Shown here one piece after another: positions 29,706 through 39,579 of a stretch of 64,000 bases of DNA. The stretch lies in contig JAUSED010000012.1 in assembly GCA_030650425.1 (NCBI GenBank), positions 64,905 through 128,904 on the forward strand, given 5' to 3'. The stretch comes from Candidatus Omnitrophota bacterium (GTDB taxonomy: Bacteria > Omnitrophota > Gorgyraeia > Gygaellales > Profunditerraquicolaceae). Position numbers and translations under genes: made by a program. Under the pieces are notes generated by a model. The model made no database searches, was not told the origin of the DNA, and was given only the letters and a program-made list of their open reading frames with translations. How positions within the stretch are numbered: the stretch's first letter is position 1; each line of letters starts with the position of its first letter.

Positions 29706-30177
29706 CGGGAATAAAGTTGTTTTTGATGCCATGGTTATTATTAATTTCCATGGCCTTATTATGCTCGATAAGCTTATCGGTTGGGCTCCAAAAGAAATTG
29801 TTATTGAGAAAAGTATAAGAAAAGAAGCGAGCCATTCAATGAACGGCCCGATAGACCTTGAACCGTATATATCCAGCGGTTCTGTAATAGAAGAAGAAAT
29901 TCACGGCAAGGATCAAGAAGACCTTTTTTATGAGTATCGCAATAAAAGAATAGGTGATGCGGTTATCCATGCGGGTGAAGCCGCTTGCCTTGCGCTGGCA
30001 ATCTCAAAAGGCTACGGCCTTGCCAGCGATGAACTCGTTGTAAGGAATGAATTTAAATCTCGTTGTTCTGGCAAGACGTGCGTTCACTCGTGGGATATCG
30101 TGACAATTTCGCAGAAGCTCGGGTTTATTAATCAAGCCGAAGCGAACGCCTTGAAGAAAGGCTTATATTACGTATAG
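29683..30177 (+). CDS. PIN-domain protein (putative toxin)
   Basis: VVFDAMVIIN, HAGEAACLALA, LASDE. Confidence 0.8.
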   Translation: MGPATLFNGNKVVFDAMVIINFHGLIMLDKLIGWAPKEIVIEKSIRKEASHSMNGPIDLEPYISSGSVIEEEIHGKDQEDLFYEYRNKRIGDAVIHAGEAACLALAISKGYGLASDELVVRNEFKSRCSGKTCVHSWDIVTISQKLGFINQAEANALKKGLYYV

Positions 30178-30179
30178 CT

Positions 30180-30518
30180 ATGCGAGGAAAATTTACACTT
30201 AATACCGCGAATATCGATGCCACAGTACCGGCTACCTCCGGCGCTTATGTGCTGGTTAACAGTAGCAATAACGCCGTTTATGTTGGAATGTCAGATACTG
30301 ATTTAAATGGCCGGTTAAAAAATCACCTGCCTGAGCGTGAAGAAAATTCGTGGATAAAGCGAAGCTTTCCGACAGACTTTTACTTTGAGTCGACAGCTAA
30401 TTCGCAAGAAGCTTATAGATTGGAATGCGAATGGTTCCATCAATATCGTCCGAGCTGTAATACCGCGCATCCTGCAAAATTATCTTATAGCTGGGCCTGC
30501 CCAATCTGCGGGTTATAA
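30180..30518 (+). CDS. Small GIY-YIG nuclease-like protein with C-terminal CxxC
   Basis: SGAYVL..VYVGMS..LNGRLKNH..LE..PSCN..CPIC. Confidence 0.75.
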   Translation: MRGKFTLNTANIDATVPATSGAYVLVNSSNNAVYVGMSDTDLNGRLKNHLPEREENSWIKRSFPTDFYFESTANSQEAYRLECEWFHQYRPSCNTAHPAKLSYSWACPICGL

Positions 30519-30660
30519 ATCCCTGCATTTTCTGAAATCGCTGATAATATTTTGAAACCATCGTTCAGATAATTGCCCCGCTATTCGAAAATTTAGAATA
30601 GTTCGCTTATATAGATTTTGATTGCTCGGGCGTATGGGTATATAAGGGAGTATTATTAAA

Positions 30661-33600
30661 GTGATTCCAATTTTTTTCTGCCATATATGCGGGACAAATG
30701 GTAATTGTAATTTAGTAATTAAGCTAGCCGAGAAATTAACAGGCGATATTGAAGGGATAGACCCTTTTGTTGCTTGTCAAAATGAACGATGGAATTCTGC
30801 CAAAGACTTAAATGCGTCATTAAGCCAATCATATATCTTCATCCCAATTGTCAGTCCAGGATTTAAAGATAGAAACAATTGCACTTCAGAATTAGCGCAA
30901 ACCCGGAATCGAAAACAATTCGGGAAATTTCCTCTTATTATTCCTATTAAATTTAATTGTGGCGATGCTCTTATGAATAATCTTGGTTTTACCATAGATC
31001 AAGAAACGGAACAGGGCGATAAGTGGATAGACTTCTCTAATGAAGTCGAATTTGATTCGAAATATGAAGAATTATATCGGCGGATTCACTACTGGTCAAT
31101 AGACAATGATCTGGTAACAAATAAAGATTTCCACAAAGACCGTAAGGTATTAGATGTTATATTGGGCGAGAATGATCCAACATCCAGCCAGATAAAAATA
31201 GCTATAGATTATTGTCGTAAAGGACAAGAATACAGCCTGTATTTTTTGAAAAATCTTTCCAATCCTAAATGGCTGAGTCATTTGTATGCATCAGGGTTTT
31301 TTGCTTTTAATCCAGTTCCAGTAGAATCAGAAAAAAATGAAGGATTTTACAGTATTCCATTATGGGCAGCTGTTATATTTTTAGAAAAAATTGCTGTGGG
31401 CTTGGGTAAAAAAGATAAAGAAAGAATGCTTGATATTATTCGCAAGGTATCTAAGCCAGCTCCTCCTGCAGTAAAGCAAGATAATTGGAGAACATGGCAA
31501 TCGTTTGTAAAAATTCTCTCAAAGTTACAGATTGATGACATTTTAAGCGATGACATTGAGATGATCGCAGAATGGCTATATAGTAAATTTGATACATCAA
31601 TGGTGGTTATTGAGATTGGAAAAACTCTTTTGCCGAAGGTACTAACAGAAGTAAAAACAGCTGAGGATGCTAACAAGGTTGTTCGGATTATCCAAATTGT
31701 ATTAGATTCTGTCAGAGTTGAAAGAAGACATGGCATGATGTCTCACGGTCTTCAAAAAATGTTTAAAAATAATTCTGATTTACTCGGAGAAAAATGTGGG
31801 TTAGCACTTTTGGAAATTATACGAAACAAACTTGAAAGCGTTGTAGAAGAAAAGGATGATGCATATTGTTATATTTGGCGTCCTGCTATTGAAGATAGCG
31901 AACAAAATGTCGCTTCAGATGAGTATAGGCATATTCTTATTGCAGGTTTTAGGGATATTTATCTTAAATTCGCCTCTTTTCATAATGCAGAAACCTTTTT
32001 GCAATCATGTTACGAGTCGCCCAGAGATATCATCCAACGTATAGCATTTTATGTTATCGGTAAGCTATTTGATAAATATAAGAAATTAGCAGAGGAGATC
32101 CTGCTAAAAGACGCCAATAAAACATTTCTCAAAAGTAATTATCACCACGAGTTATATTTTTTGATCACAAAACATTTCACATTGTTATCAACGGATGTCC
32201 AATCTTCAGTGATTGATATTATTTCTGGCCTGACTGGTGATTGGAAAGATGATTCGGACAAGGATAGATTAAACTGTATGCTTCGTAGACGATGGTTATA
32301 TGCGGTTAAACAATCTGGATACAATATTTCAAATGAGTTAGAAGACAAATATTTTAAAGATATTGAATATAAACCTGAACATCCAGAATTTTTGAGTTAT
32401 ATCGGTCCTGTGTCATGGGGTGATGAATCAATGTTTTCATCGGCAGAGTTATTGTCTAAAGGTGGCATTGAAGAAATGGTTACCTTTTTAAATAATTTTG
32501 AAGGCAAAAATAGATTTGGAGAGACAGCTATACGAGAAGCAGGCCAGTCTTTTAAAGAAGCGATTAAAAATAAGCAGGAAGTATTTGATAATCATTTGCT
32601 TGAGTTTAAAAAGCTTAAATATGAGTATTGGTATTATGCAGTGCAGGCTTTTGAAGAACTCGTGCAAGATAAAAAGACGATTGGATGGGAGAAGGTTTTA
32701 GAGTTTTGCAATGAGATTATTTTAAGTGAAATATTATGGGATGGCAAAGGCAAAAAGAGCGATTACCCGCTTGAGCCAAAAAAAGATTGGATCCCGGCCG
32801 TTATATCAGATTTACTGAGAAAGGGGCTTCAAGAAGATTCAATCATTTTTACAGAATCGCAATATGGGTTAATTGATAAGGTTGTTAGGGTACTGCTTGA
32901 TAAACAACCCAGTACAGCGAGTGGAGATGATAAGGATGCGTTGACAGAAGCGATTAATACTACAAAAGGGCACGTGTTGGAATGTCTCAAGAGTTATGTC
33001 CTAAGAAGATATAGAGATTTTGAAAGATTGCCCGATAAAGGAATCAGGGAGAAAGAATCTTTTTGGAAAGAGGTAGAGCCATTATTTGTTCGGGAGATTG
33101 AAGGAACAAAGGAAGGAAGCTTCGAATTTTCAAGTCTATCCGGTGCTTATTTGCCTAATCTGTATTATTTGAATAAAGATTGGGTTACTTCGAATATTAA
33201 CAATATCTTTCCTACTGAAGAAAAACATTGGCGATGCGCTATGCAAGGATATTCTTACGTGAATACCGTTTATGCGGTTATCTACAATATATTAAGAGAT
33301 AACGGTCATCTCAAACGTGCACTTGATACAAAATTTTCGAACGATCAGACAAGAAGCCGAATTATAGAAAACATAGCGGTATCATATTTAAGGGGACAAG
33401 AGACTATAGATGGTCAAAACAGCTTATTTAAATATATTTTAGAGAAATGGAACCACGATGATATTGAAGAAATAATAAGTCTGTTTTGGTCTCACAGGGA
33501 TGTTGAATTAGACTGCGAACAAAAGGCAAGAATATTTAATTTTTGGCGGCATTGTTTTAATCAGATAAAAGGGAAAGAGGACGCACATAAGGATATTCTT

Positions 33601-33945
33601 TCCGATTTGAATCTGCTAGCGGTGTTCTTTGATCCGTTAACGGCAGAACAGGTGGATTGGTTAAGACAGTCAGTTAAATACGTGGAGGAGCGTTACCATA
33701 GTTCATTCCTGCTGGAATATTTTGATAAATTAGCAGAGAACAATCCCAAAGATGTGGGAAACGTATTTTTAATAATGTTAGAGAAAACCATCCCATGGTA
33801 TAAACAGGAAAATATTCAATCTGTCGTTGAAAAGTTTTATAAAGCAGATTTGAAAAATGAAATTGCTAATCCAATTTGTGATAAATATGCAAGGGCGGGC
33901 TTCGAGTTTTTGATAGAAGTTTATCAAAAATATAACAAGAAATAA
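30661..33945 (+). CDS. N-terminal TIR domain plus ~900-aa helical region (putative anti-phage protein)
   Basis: IFFCH..FIPIVSPGF..CTSEL..IIPI TIR pattern; no Walker A seen. Confidence 0.7.
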   Translation: MIPIFFCHICGTNGNCNLVIKLAEKLTGDIEGIDPFVACQNERWNSAKDLNASLSQSYIFIPIVSPGFKDRNNCTSELAQTRNRKQFGKFPLIIPIKFNCGDALMNNLGFTIDQETEQGDKWIDFSNEVEFDSKYEELYRRIHYWSIDNDLVTNKDFHKDRKVLDVILGENDPTSSQIKIAIDYCRKGQEYSLYFLKNLSNPKWLSHLYASGFFAFNPVPVESEKNEGFYSIPLWAAVIFLEKIAVGLGKKDKERMLDIIRKVSKPAPPAVKQDNWRTWQSFVKILSKLQIDDILSDDIEMIAEWLYSKFDTSMVVIEIGKTLLPKVLTEVKTAEDANKVVRIIQIVLDSVRVERRHGMMSHGLQKMFKNNSDLLGEKCGLALLEIIRNKLESVVEEKDDAYCYIWRPAIEDSEQNVASDEYRHILIAGFRDIYLKFASFHNAETFLQSCYESPRDIIQRIAFYVIGKLFDKYKKLAEEILLKDANKTFLKSNYHHELYFLITKHFTLLSTDVQSSVIDIISGLTGDWKDDSDKDRLNCMLRRRWLYAVKQSGYNISNELEDKYFKDIEYKPEHPEFLSYIGPVSWGDESMFSSAELLSKGGIEEMVTFLNNFEGKNRFGETAIREAGQSFKEAIKNKQEVFDNHLLEFKKLKYEYWYYAVQAFEELVQDKKTIGWEKVLEFCNEIILSEILWDGKGKKSDYPLEPKKDWIPAVISDLLRKGLQEDSIIFTESQYGLIDKVVRVLLDKQPSTASGDDKDALTEAINTTKGHVLECLKSYVLRRYRDFERLPDKGIREKESFWKEVEPLFVREIEGTKEGSFEFSSLSGAYLPNLYYLNKDWVTSNINNIFPTEEKHWRCAMQGYSYVNTVYAVIYNILRDNGHLKRALDTKFSNDQTRSRIIENIAVSYLRGQETIDGQNSLFKYILEKWNHDDIEEIISLFWSHRDVELDCEQKARIFNFWRHCFNQIKGKEDAHKDILSDLNLLAVFFDPLTAEQVDWLRQSVKYVEERYHSSFLLEYFDKLAENNPKDVGNVFLIMLEKTIPWYKQENIQSVVEKFYKADLKNEIANPICDKYARAGFEFLIEVYQKYNKK

Positions 33946-33973
33946 TAATTTAAAGCCCTCTTTAGGGGAATCA

Positions 33974-35755
33974 ATGAATTTAAATCAAGTCGGAGTTTAT
34001 GTACCGGTATCAGAAGTGTTCCCGGATATACAAAGCAATCTTGAAACTTTCAAAGATATATTGCAACAATTAAGTCGTACTGACACATTATTTTGGTGCG
34101 CAAGAATAAATTTAATTATCACAAATCCTATTGAAAACGGCCATATTTCAAGGCAGCAGGTTGCAATCGACAAATTTTTGACGAAGAGCGAGATTGAGGC
34201 AGTAAATCAATTTGCCATGGCTCATGGCGGGGCTAATAGAGTTACGGTCTTTTTCCGAGGCCAACTCCTTGAATTAATGCGATGGGCATTGCTGTATTGT
34301 CACAATCATCCTAACGATGGAAAGACTTTTGAAGATCCAAATACAAGAAGGATGTTTGTACAGGCTGCACTTATTGCAAGTGATCTTTGGTCAAAGTGGG
34401 TGTATGGAAATAGGTTCTCTTTAGAGGGAGGGATAAAGATTGCAAGGGAAAGATCCTTAGGAGCTATTCGAAAAGCCATTGAGGGCACATCGCTATGTGC
34501 AGAATTGACGAGATCATTTGGAAGGGGATGGACTATTTTTATGGATTATTTTCGTAAGCAATATGGTTTGCTTGCTAGCGAATTTCAGTCCAAAGCAGGT
34601 TTATCAATTGAGGACTATTTTAAATGCCTATTGATTATCACAGTTCATTTTGCCAATCCTAGAAGCAATAATACCGGCATTTTTAATGCAACAACTTTTG
34701 CTGATTCTACACCGTTGAAAGACGTGTTTCAGAAATATATCACATTTGAGTCACAGTCAATAGATGAGTTTAAAAACGCATTATGGGGCAGTGGTATAAA
34801 TAAATTAGAAATGCAATATGAAATGGAATATGATTATTTATCTATGAGAGAAAAACCAATTTTACGTGCTGAGGATAATCGAGCAATTATTTTAGATCCA
34901 ATATTTTATAGCGAAAAAGCAAGTATTGGGCCGTTGTTTGTATTGACAAAGAATAAAGCACGTGGGAAAGCAAACGAGGTTTTTAGTGCCTTCGGCAAAG
35001 CGTTTGAAAATTATTCCTGTGACATTCTGAATAAGATGTTTCCAGATATTAATGCTATCAAACAATTGTTTTGTAATCTGAAAAAAAAGGATTTAAACGA
35101 AAGAGAATCAGAAATAGACGCTTGTATTAATAAAGGCTCTGAGTCGGCCATATTTGAAATAAAAGCAGTTTGGATTCGCGAAGATAAAATATTAAATGAA
35201 AATTATGAGACATATCTACAGCATTTAAGAGAAAAATATGGTGTTGTTGGGCAGCAGGACAATCCAAAAGCGCAAACAATTAAAGGAGTTGGGCAGCTCG
35301 CACGAATATTAAATAATATATTTCGTGAGGAATTTCAGGCAAATAACAGAGAATTTAGTGAAATTGTAACAATTTATCCCATACTATTAGTTTATGATAG
35401 TTTTTTAACCGCGCCAGTTTATGGCAATTTTCTTGCTTCAGAATTTGAAAAATTACTTAAACCGGATCACAAAAGGGGCTCTGGCGAACTCATTAAAGGC
35501 AGATTCACGGTGCATCCCTTAATCATATTAACAATAGAAGATCTAGAAAATTTGGAACTTTCGGTCGAACATTTTAGTTTTTTCGAACTATTATCTGATT
35601 ATTCAACGAGCTGCCCAGACCGTTTGATATCTCTAAAAAACTACATTGCTGACTCGAAATATAATAAACAGATATATCGCAATAAAAATCTTGCCAATAA
35701 GTGTCTAGAGCTATTTAAAGAAGCCAAGCTAGCAATAGCGACAAAAGAGCAGTAG
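33974..35755 (+). CDS. Hypothetical protein with C-terminal PD-(D/E)xK (NERD-like) nuclease domain
   Basis: FGKAFENY...EIDACI..AIFEIKA..KGVGQL. Confidence 0.6.
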   Translation: MNLNQVGVYVPVSEVFPDIQSNLETFKDILQQLSRTDTLFWCARINLIITNPIENGHISRQQVAIDKFLTKSEIEAVNQFAMAHGGANRVTVFFRGQLLELMRWALLYCHNHPNDGKTFEDPNTRRMFVQAALIASDLWSKWVYGNRFSLEGGIKIARERSLGAIRKAIEGTSLCAELTRSFGRGWTIFMDYFRKQYGLLASEFQSKAGLSIEDYFKCLLIITVHFANPRSNNTGIFNATTFADSTPLKDVFQKYITFESQSIDEFKNALWGSGINKLEMQYEMEYDYLSMREKPILRAEDNRAIILDPIFYSEKASIGPLFVLTKNKARGKANEVFSAFGKAFENYSCDILNKMFPDINAIKQLFCNLKKKDLNERESEIDACINKGSESAIFEIKAVWIREDKILNENYETYLQHLREKYGVVGQQDNPKAQTIKGVGQLARILNNIFREEFQANNREFSEIVTIYPILLVYDSFLTAPVYGNFLASEFEKLLKPDHKRGSGELIKGRFTVHPLIILTIEDLENLELSVEHFSFFELLSDYSTSCPDRLISLKNYIADSKYNKQIYRNKNLANKCLELFKEAKLAIATKEQ

Positions 35756-35893
35756 TCACTTTGCGTGGCTGTATATAAGATCGCACTAAAAATAAACATG
35801 ATGACCGTATTTGTTTTATGGCTGCAAATAGTTGGAAATAAAACGATAACCAAAATTAATGTGATATCATAGAGATAAACTAGAAGTTTAAAT

Positions 35894-37069
35894 ATGTTAT
35901 CTTTCGAGAAAGAATTTCAAGAAATTGGACATTGTGGTGGGCAGTATACTGTAGATGTAAAAACTGCCGCTGATGGACGTAGAAGCTATCAGTTGGGTAT
36001 GCGGCATTCGCGTCCAACCCCGGCGTCATTTTTTGCTGTTTATTTTCTTCCACAAGGTATTCCTGTTGGCATGATTCAGCTTGGAGGCATTGGGCAAGCG
36101 TGGAATCCTGCGCCAGTTCCCGGTAGTCTATCAATCTTTATTGCTTCAGATACTCAAAGCATGTTTGGTCATCAATGTCAAAGGTGCGGTGGCTACTGGA
36201 GATCAAGATCGTCTCCTGTGCGCTGGCAAATGACATGTCCTTATTGTGGGTTACGAGCTGAAAGCCATGCCTTTTTGACGGAAGGTCAGCTTAAGTATGC
36301 TAAGGCTTGTTGCGAGCTAATAGAACAAGCCCTATCCTCTGATAAAGACGGTGAATCTGTTGTGGATATGGACAAAGTGGCAGATGCAGTAGGAAAAGAC
36401 AGCGAAAAACCAAAGTTTTATTATGCAGAACAAAGCCAGCAGAATAAATACACATGTCCGGTTTGTAAAGAACTTAATGACATACTCGGGCGATATGGCT
36501 ATTGCTCCAGCTGTGGTACATATAATGGTGTTTATGAGCTCGAAAGTGATCTAAAGGATATTCGCGATAAGATTGCAAAAGGCAACCAGTATGAAGATTG
36601 CGCGAGAGATGCAGTAGCCGCTTTTGACAGTTTCGCTCGTCAAATAGTAAAACAGCTGGCAAAACGTATCCCTATGACACCTGCACGACAAAAAGAATGG
36701 ACTGGAAAGCTGTTCCATAATATAAAGCCATGCGCCGATGCCTTAAAAACCGTTTTTGACATTGATGCATTTAAGAGCTTTAAACAGGACGATATTAGTT
36801 TTGCTGTTTTTATGTTTCATCGAAGGCACATTTATGAGCATAACGGGGGCGAGGTTGATGAAAAGTACATTAAAGATAGCGGGGACACCTCTGTGCGTGT
36901 TAAGCAAGTTATACGCGAAAGCTCCCAAACAGCAAATAGAATTGTTGGTCTTGTTTCCAAGATGGCGCAAAATATTTCTGATGGATTTCATGAGATTTTT
37001 CCGGCTGAAGATATGCCGATTAAGCTCCAGCAGAATTCAAGGAAGAGCAAGGTCGCGACTGGCGTTTAA
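35894..37069 (+). CDS. Zn-ribbon + HEPN-like protein
   Basis: Four CxxC pairs; C-terminal RRHIYEHNGG (RxxxxH). Confidence 0.65.
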   Translation: MLSFEKEFQEIGHCGGQYTVDVKTAADGRRSYQLGMRHSRPTPASFFAVYFLPQGIPVGMIQLGGIGQAWNPAPVPGSLSIFIASDTQSMFGHQCQRCGGYWRSRSSPVRWQMTCPYCGLRAESHAFLTEGQLKYAKACCELIEQALSSDKDGESVVDMDKVADAVGKDSEKPKFYYAEQSQQNKYTCPVCKELNDILGRYGYCSSCGTYNGVYELESDLKDIRDKIAKGNQYEDCARDAVAAFDSFARQIVKQLAKRIPMTPARQKEWTGKLFHNIKPCADALKTVFDIDAFKSFKQDDISFAVFMFHRRHIYEHNGGEVDEKYIKDSGDTSVRVKQVIRESSQTANRIVGLVSKMAQNISDGFHEIFPAEDMPIKLQQNSRKSKVATGV

Positions 37070-37158
37070 TGGCTGGTTTGATAATACATCGGATTAAACG
37101 GCGTCGGTTGGCTGATCATAAGTGTTCGGACAGCGCGAAGCCATCGACCCCAAATGTT

Positions 37159-37217
37159 ACCCTCATACGAACACAGGCTCAAGCGAGCCACAGATTCGTA
37201 TGAGGGTTTTTCTTTTT
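37159..37217 (+). terminator. Intrinsic terminator just outside the putative attR
   Basis: ACCCTCATACGAA...TTCGTATGAGGGT followed by T tract. Confidence 0.75.
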
Positions 37218-37251
37218 ATGAGGCAGAAAGAAGCGTAAAGCCCTCAGAAAT

Positions 37252-37324
37252 ACGTTAAGCACGTTAAGCACACGTTAAGAGTTAAGCATTAAGCAGACAC
37301 TTTCCAAACTAATCGGGAAAGTGT
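37252..37324. repeat. Degenerate (C)GTTAAGCA tandem x5 followed by ACACTTTCC...GGAAAGTGT hairpin
   Basis: Read directly; hairpin arms also occur at 54413-54457. Confidence 0.7.
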
Positions 37325-37562
37325 ACCTGACCCAAGATGGACAATGTCCCTTTCCGGAACATCCCTAAAAGGCTGCCTTAAATTTATATTCTACCTGTAT
37401 ACAGAGAATTCTTTCTGCCGCGCCGTATTTCTGGGCGTCCTGAGTGGAAATATTCCAACCAGTTATATCCTTGGGCATTCTTTTAAAATACACTGAAATA
37501 AAATCTTTGACAAAAATAGTTACATATGCTAACATTCGAATATATTAAGATGAAAGGAGACT

Positions 37563-37886
37563 ATGGGAAATAAACTTTATGAACTTCATGCCCAGATGTG
37601 CAAGGTCTTTACCTCGCCAAAGCGCTTAGAAATATTAAATCTTTTAAGGAATAATGAACTATCGGTAAACCAAGTAGCAAAAAAAGCCAATATTCGGCAA
37701 GCAAATATCTCACAGCACTTGAGTATTTTGCGAGAAAAAGGAATTGTCAAGACGCGCAGAGCCGGTAAGACAATCTATTATTCCTTGGTTAGTCCTAAAA
37801 TTATTAAGGCCTTCGATATTATAAGAGAAATGCTTTTAGAACGGCTTGCTGAGAACGATAAATTGATCAAAGGCATTCGTAAATAG
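37563..37886 (+). CDS. ArsR/SmtB family regulator
   Basis: PKRLEILNLL, NISQHLSILR, G..IYYSL. Confidence 0.92.
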   Translation: MGNKLYELHAQMCKVFTSPKRLEILNLLRNNELSVNQVAKKANIRQANISQHLSILREKGIVKTRRAGKTIYYSLVSPKIIKAFDIIREMLLERLAENDKLIKGIRK

Positions 37887-37979
37887 AAGAAAGACGAATT
37901 AGTTGAAGGCGCGGAAATTTGTTGTTTAACCGACGTTACCAATGCCATAAAAACGAGTAAGCAAACGCTGGTATTCTAA
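37887..37979 (+). pseudogene. C-terminal fragment of a DsrE-like protein
   Basis: KKDELVEGAEICCLTDVTNAIKTSKQTLVF*; no start codon; in frame after the arsR TAG. Confidence 0.55.
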
Positions 37980-37995
37980 AAAAAGGGGGCATTAG

Positions 37996-38736
37996 ATGCT
38001 TAATATAAATCCGGATGAAATTAAGAAGTTGGTGAAAGATAAATATAGCGAAGTGTCAAGAGATCCTTGCGGAGTATTTAATTTTCCGGTAGGTAAAATA
38101 TTTGCCTTAAAAGTAGGTTATCCTAAAGAGGTATTGGATAATTTGCCTTCTTCTCTGACCGAATCCTTTACCGGTGCGAATAACCCTCAACCCTTTGTGG
38201 AATTGAAAGAGAAAGAGGTAGTTTTAGATCTGGGTTGTGGGGCAGGACTGGATCTTTATTTTTATGCGAAGAGCGTTGGAGAAAAAGGCAAAGTTTATGG
38301 TTTAGACATCTCAGAAGACATGGCCAACAAGGCAAAGCAGAATATGCGGCTAGTAGGAATAAAGAACGCGGAGATTTCTGTAGGCGAATCCGACAATCTC
38401 TCATTTAACGATAATTTCTTTGACGTCGTTGCCAGTAATGGCATATATAATCTTTCTCCCGATAAACAGGCGGTGATGAAAGAGGTTTATCGTGTATTAA
38501 AGCCGGGTGGCCGGACTGTATTCTGCGAGATTGTTTTAAAAGAACCGTTATCAGAAGATGAACGAAAGAGTCACAGCGATTGGTTTAGGTGTATCGGCGG
38601 AGCCTTGGTGGAAAACGATTTTATTGATTTAATGACAAAAGTAGGATTTAAGAACATAGAAGTCATCTCTAAATGCCGCAATGCCCGCACAGGACATCCG
38701 TCTGCGATATGCGCCAACATCAGGGCTTATAAATAA
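37996..38736 (+). CDS. ArsM-like SAM methyltransferase
   Basis: VLDLGCGAGLD, NLSPDK, WFRCIGGA. Confidence 0.8.
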   Translation: MLNINPDEIKKLVKDKYSEVSRDPCGVFNFPVGKIFALKVGYPKEVLDNLPSSLTESFTGANNPQPFVELKEKEVVLDLGCGAGLDLYFYAKSVGEKGKVYGLDISEDMANKAKQNMRLVGIKNAEISVGESDNLSFNDNFFDVVASNGIYNLSPDKQAVMKEVYRVLKPGGRTVFCEIVLKEPLSEDERKSHSDWFRCIGGALVENDFIDLMTKVGFKNIEVISKCRNARTGHPSAICANIRAYK

Positions 38737-38748
38737 GTTTGGAGTGAA

Positions 38749-39555
38749 ATGAATAAAGAAAAAGATAATCGTACGATACCAATACTTGCAAATAAATATT
38801 ACCGGAAACCGTCAGTTTTTTGTCCGGCAAATTTGCTGAAGCAGGCTCGGCGTCAGAAGTCGCTGCCATCCGGCAGTGTGCCGGAGATATGCGTACTCGA
38901 TCCCGATGGCGACCTATCTTCATATCTTCGGGATTCTTCTATAGGGAAGCGCAACCCTTACTGGGCCTGTTATCACACAGACCTTTACAATATAGAACTT
39001 GAAAGTCTATCCGTAGGCGTAATTGGGCGGGCTGTAGGCGCTTCCTTTGCCGTACTTGTAGCGGAAGAGTTATTCGCATCGGGATGCCGGTTGCTAATTA
39101 GTATTACTTCGGCTGGGCAAATTAAACCTGTCCATAAACCACCGTACTTTATTTTAATCGATCGCGCCTTAAGAGACGAAGGGACTAGTTATCACTATAT
39201 ACAGGAATCGACTTACGCTAGCATTCGTCCAGACATCCTTGCCATGTTAAATGGAATTATTAAGAAGAAACCCTTAGTTATCCAAGGCGCGGTCTGGACA
39301 ACCGATGCGCCATTTCGTGAGACAAAAGAGGCTATTTCCTTTGCGCGCTCGGAAAATTTACTTGCCGTCGAAATGGAGGCCGCTGCACTCTATGCTTTTG
39401 CGCAGGCACGCAAAAAGAAAGTTGTATGCTTCGCTCATGTTACAAATCAAATGGGCTTGATTGATAAAGATTTCGAAAAAGGTAAAGATAATGGGAATGC
39501 TGTTTTACTTCAGCTTATTTCAAATGTAATTCACGAATGGAAAAAAGCTGCCTAA
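38749..39555 (+). CDS. Nucleoside phosphorylase family protein
   Basis: RDEGTSYHY, WTTDAPFRET, VEMEAA. Confidence 0.88.
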   Translation: MNKEKDNRTIPILANKYYRKPSVFCPANLLKQARRQKSLPSGSVPEICVLDPDGDLSSYLRDSSIGKRNPYWACYHTDLYNIELESLSVGVIGRAVGASFAVLVAEELFASGCRLLISITSAGQIKPVHKPPYFILIDRALRDEGTSYHYIQESTYASIRPDILAMLNGIIKKKPLVIQGAVWTTDAPFRETKEAISFARSENLLAVEMEAAALYAFAQARKKKVVCFAHVTNQMGLIDKDFEKGKDNGNAVLLQLISNVIHEWKKAA

Positions 39556-39579
39556 TGTTTTTATTTAAGGAGAATAACC

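Larger units (their letters stand above)
19768..37152. mobile_element. Integrative (defence) island at tRNA-His 3' end, ~17.4 kb
   Basis: Integrase at left end. ACCCTAA (19768) and ACCCCAA (37147) cores; joining them restores TAGCCACCCCA followed by a terminator. AT-rich defence-type cargo. Confidence 0.75.

Noticed and set aside
19768-37152. Prophage or conjugative element
   Set aside because: No structural, terminase, relaxase or T4SS genes recognised
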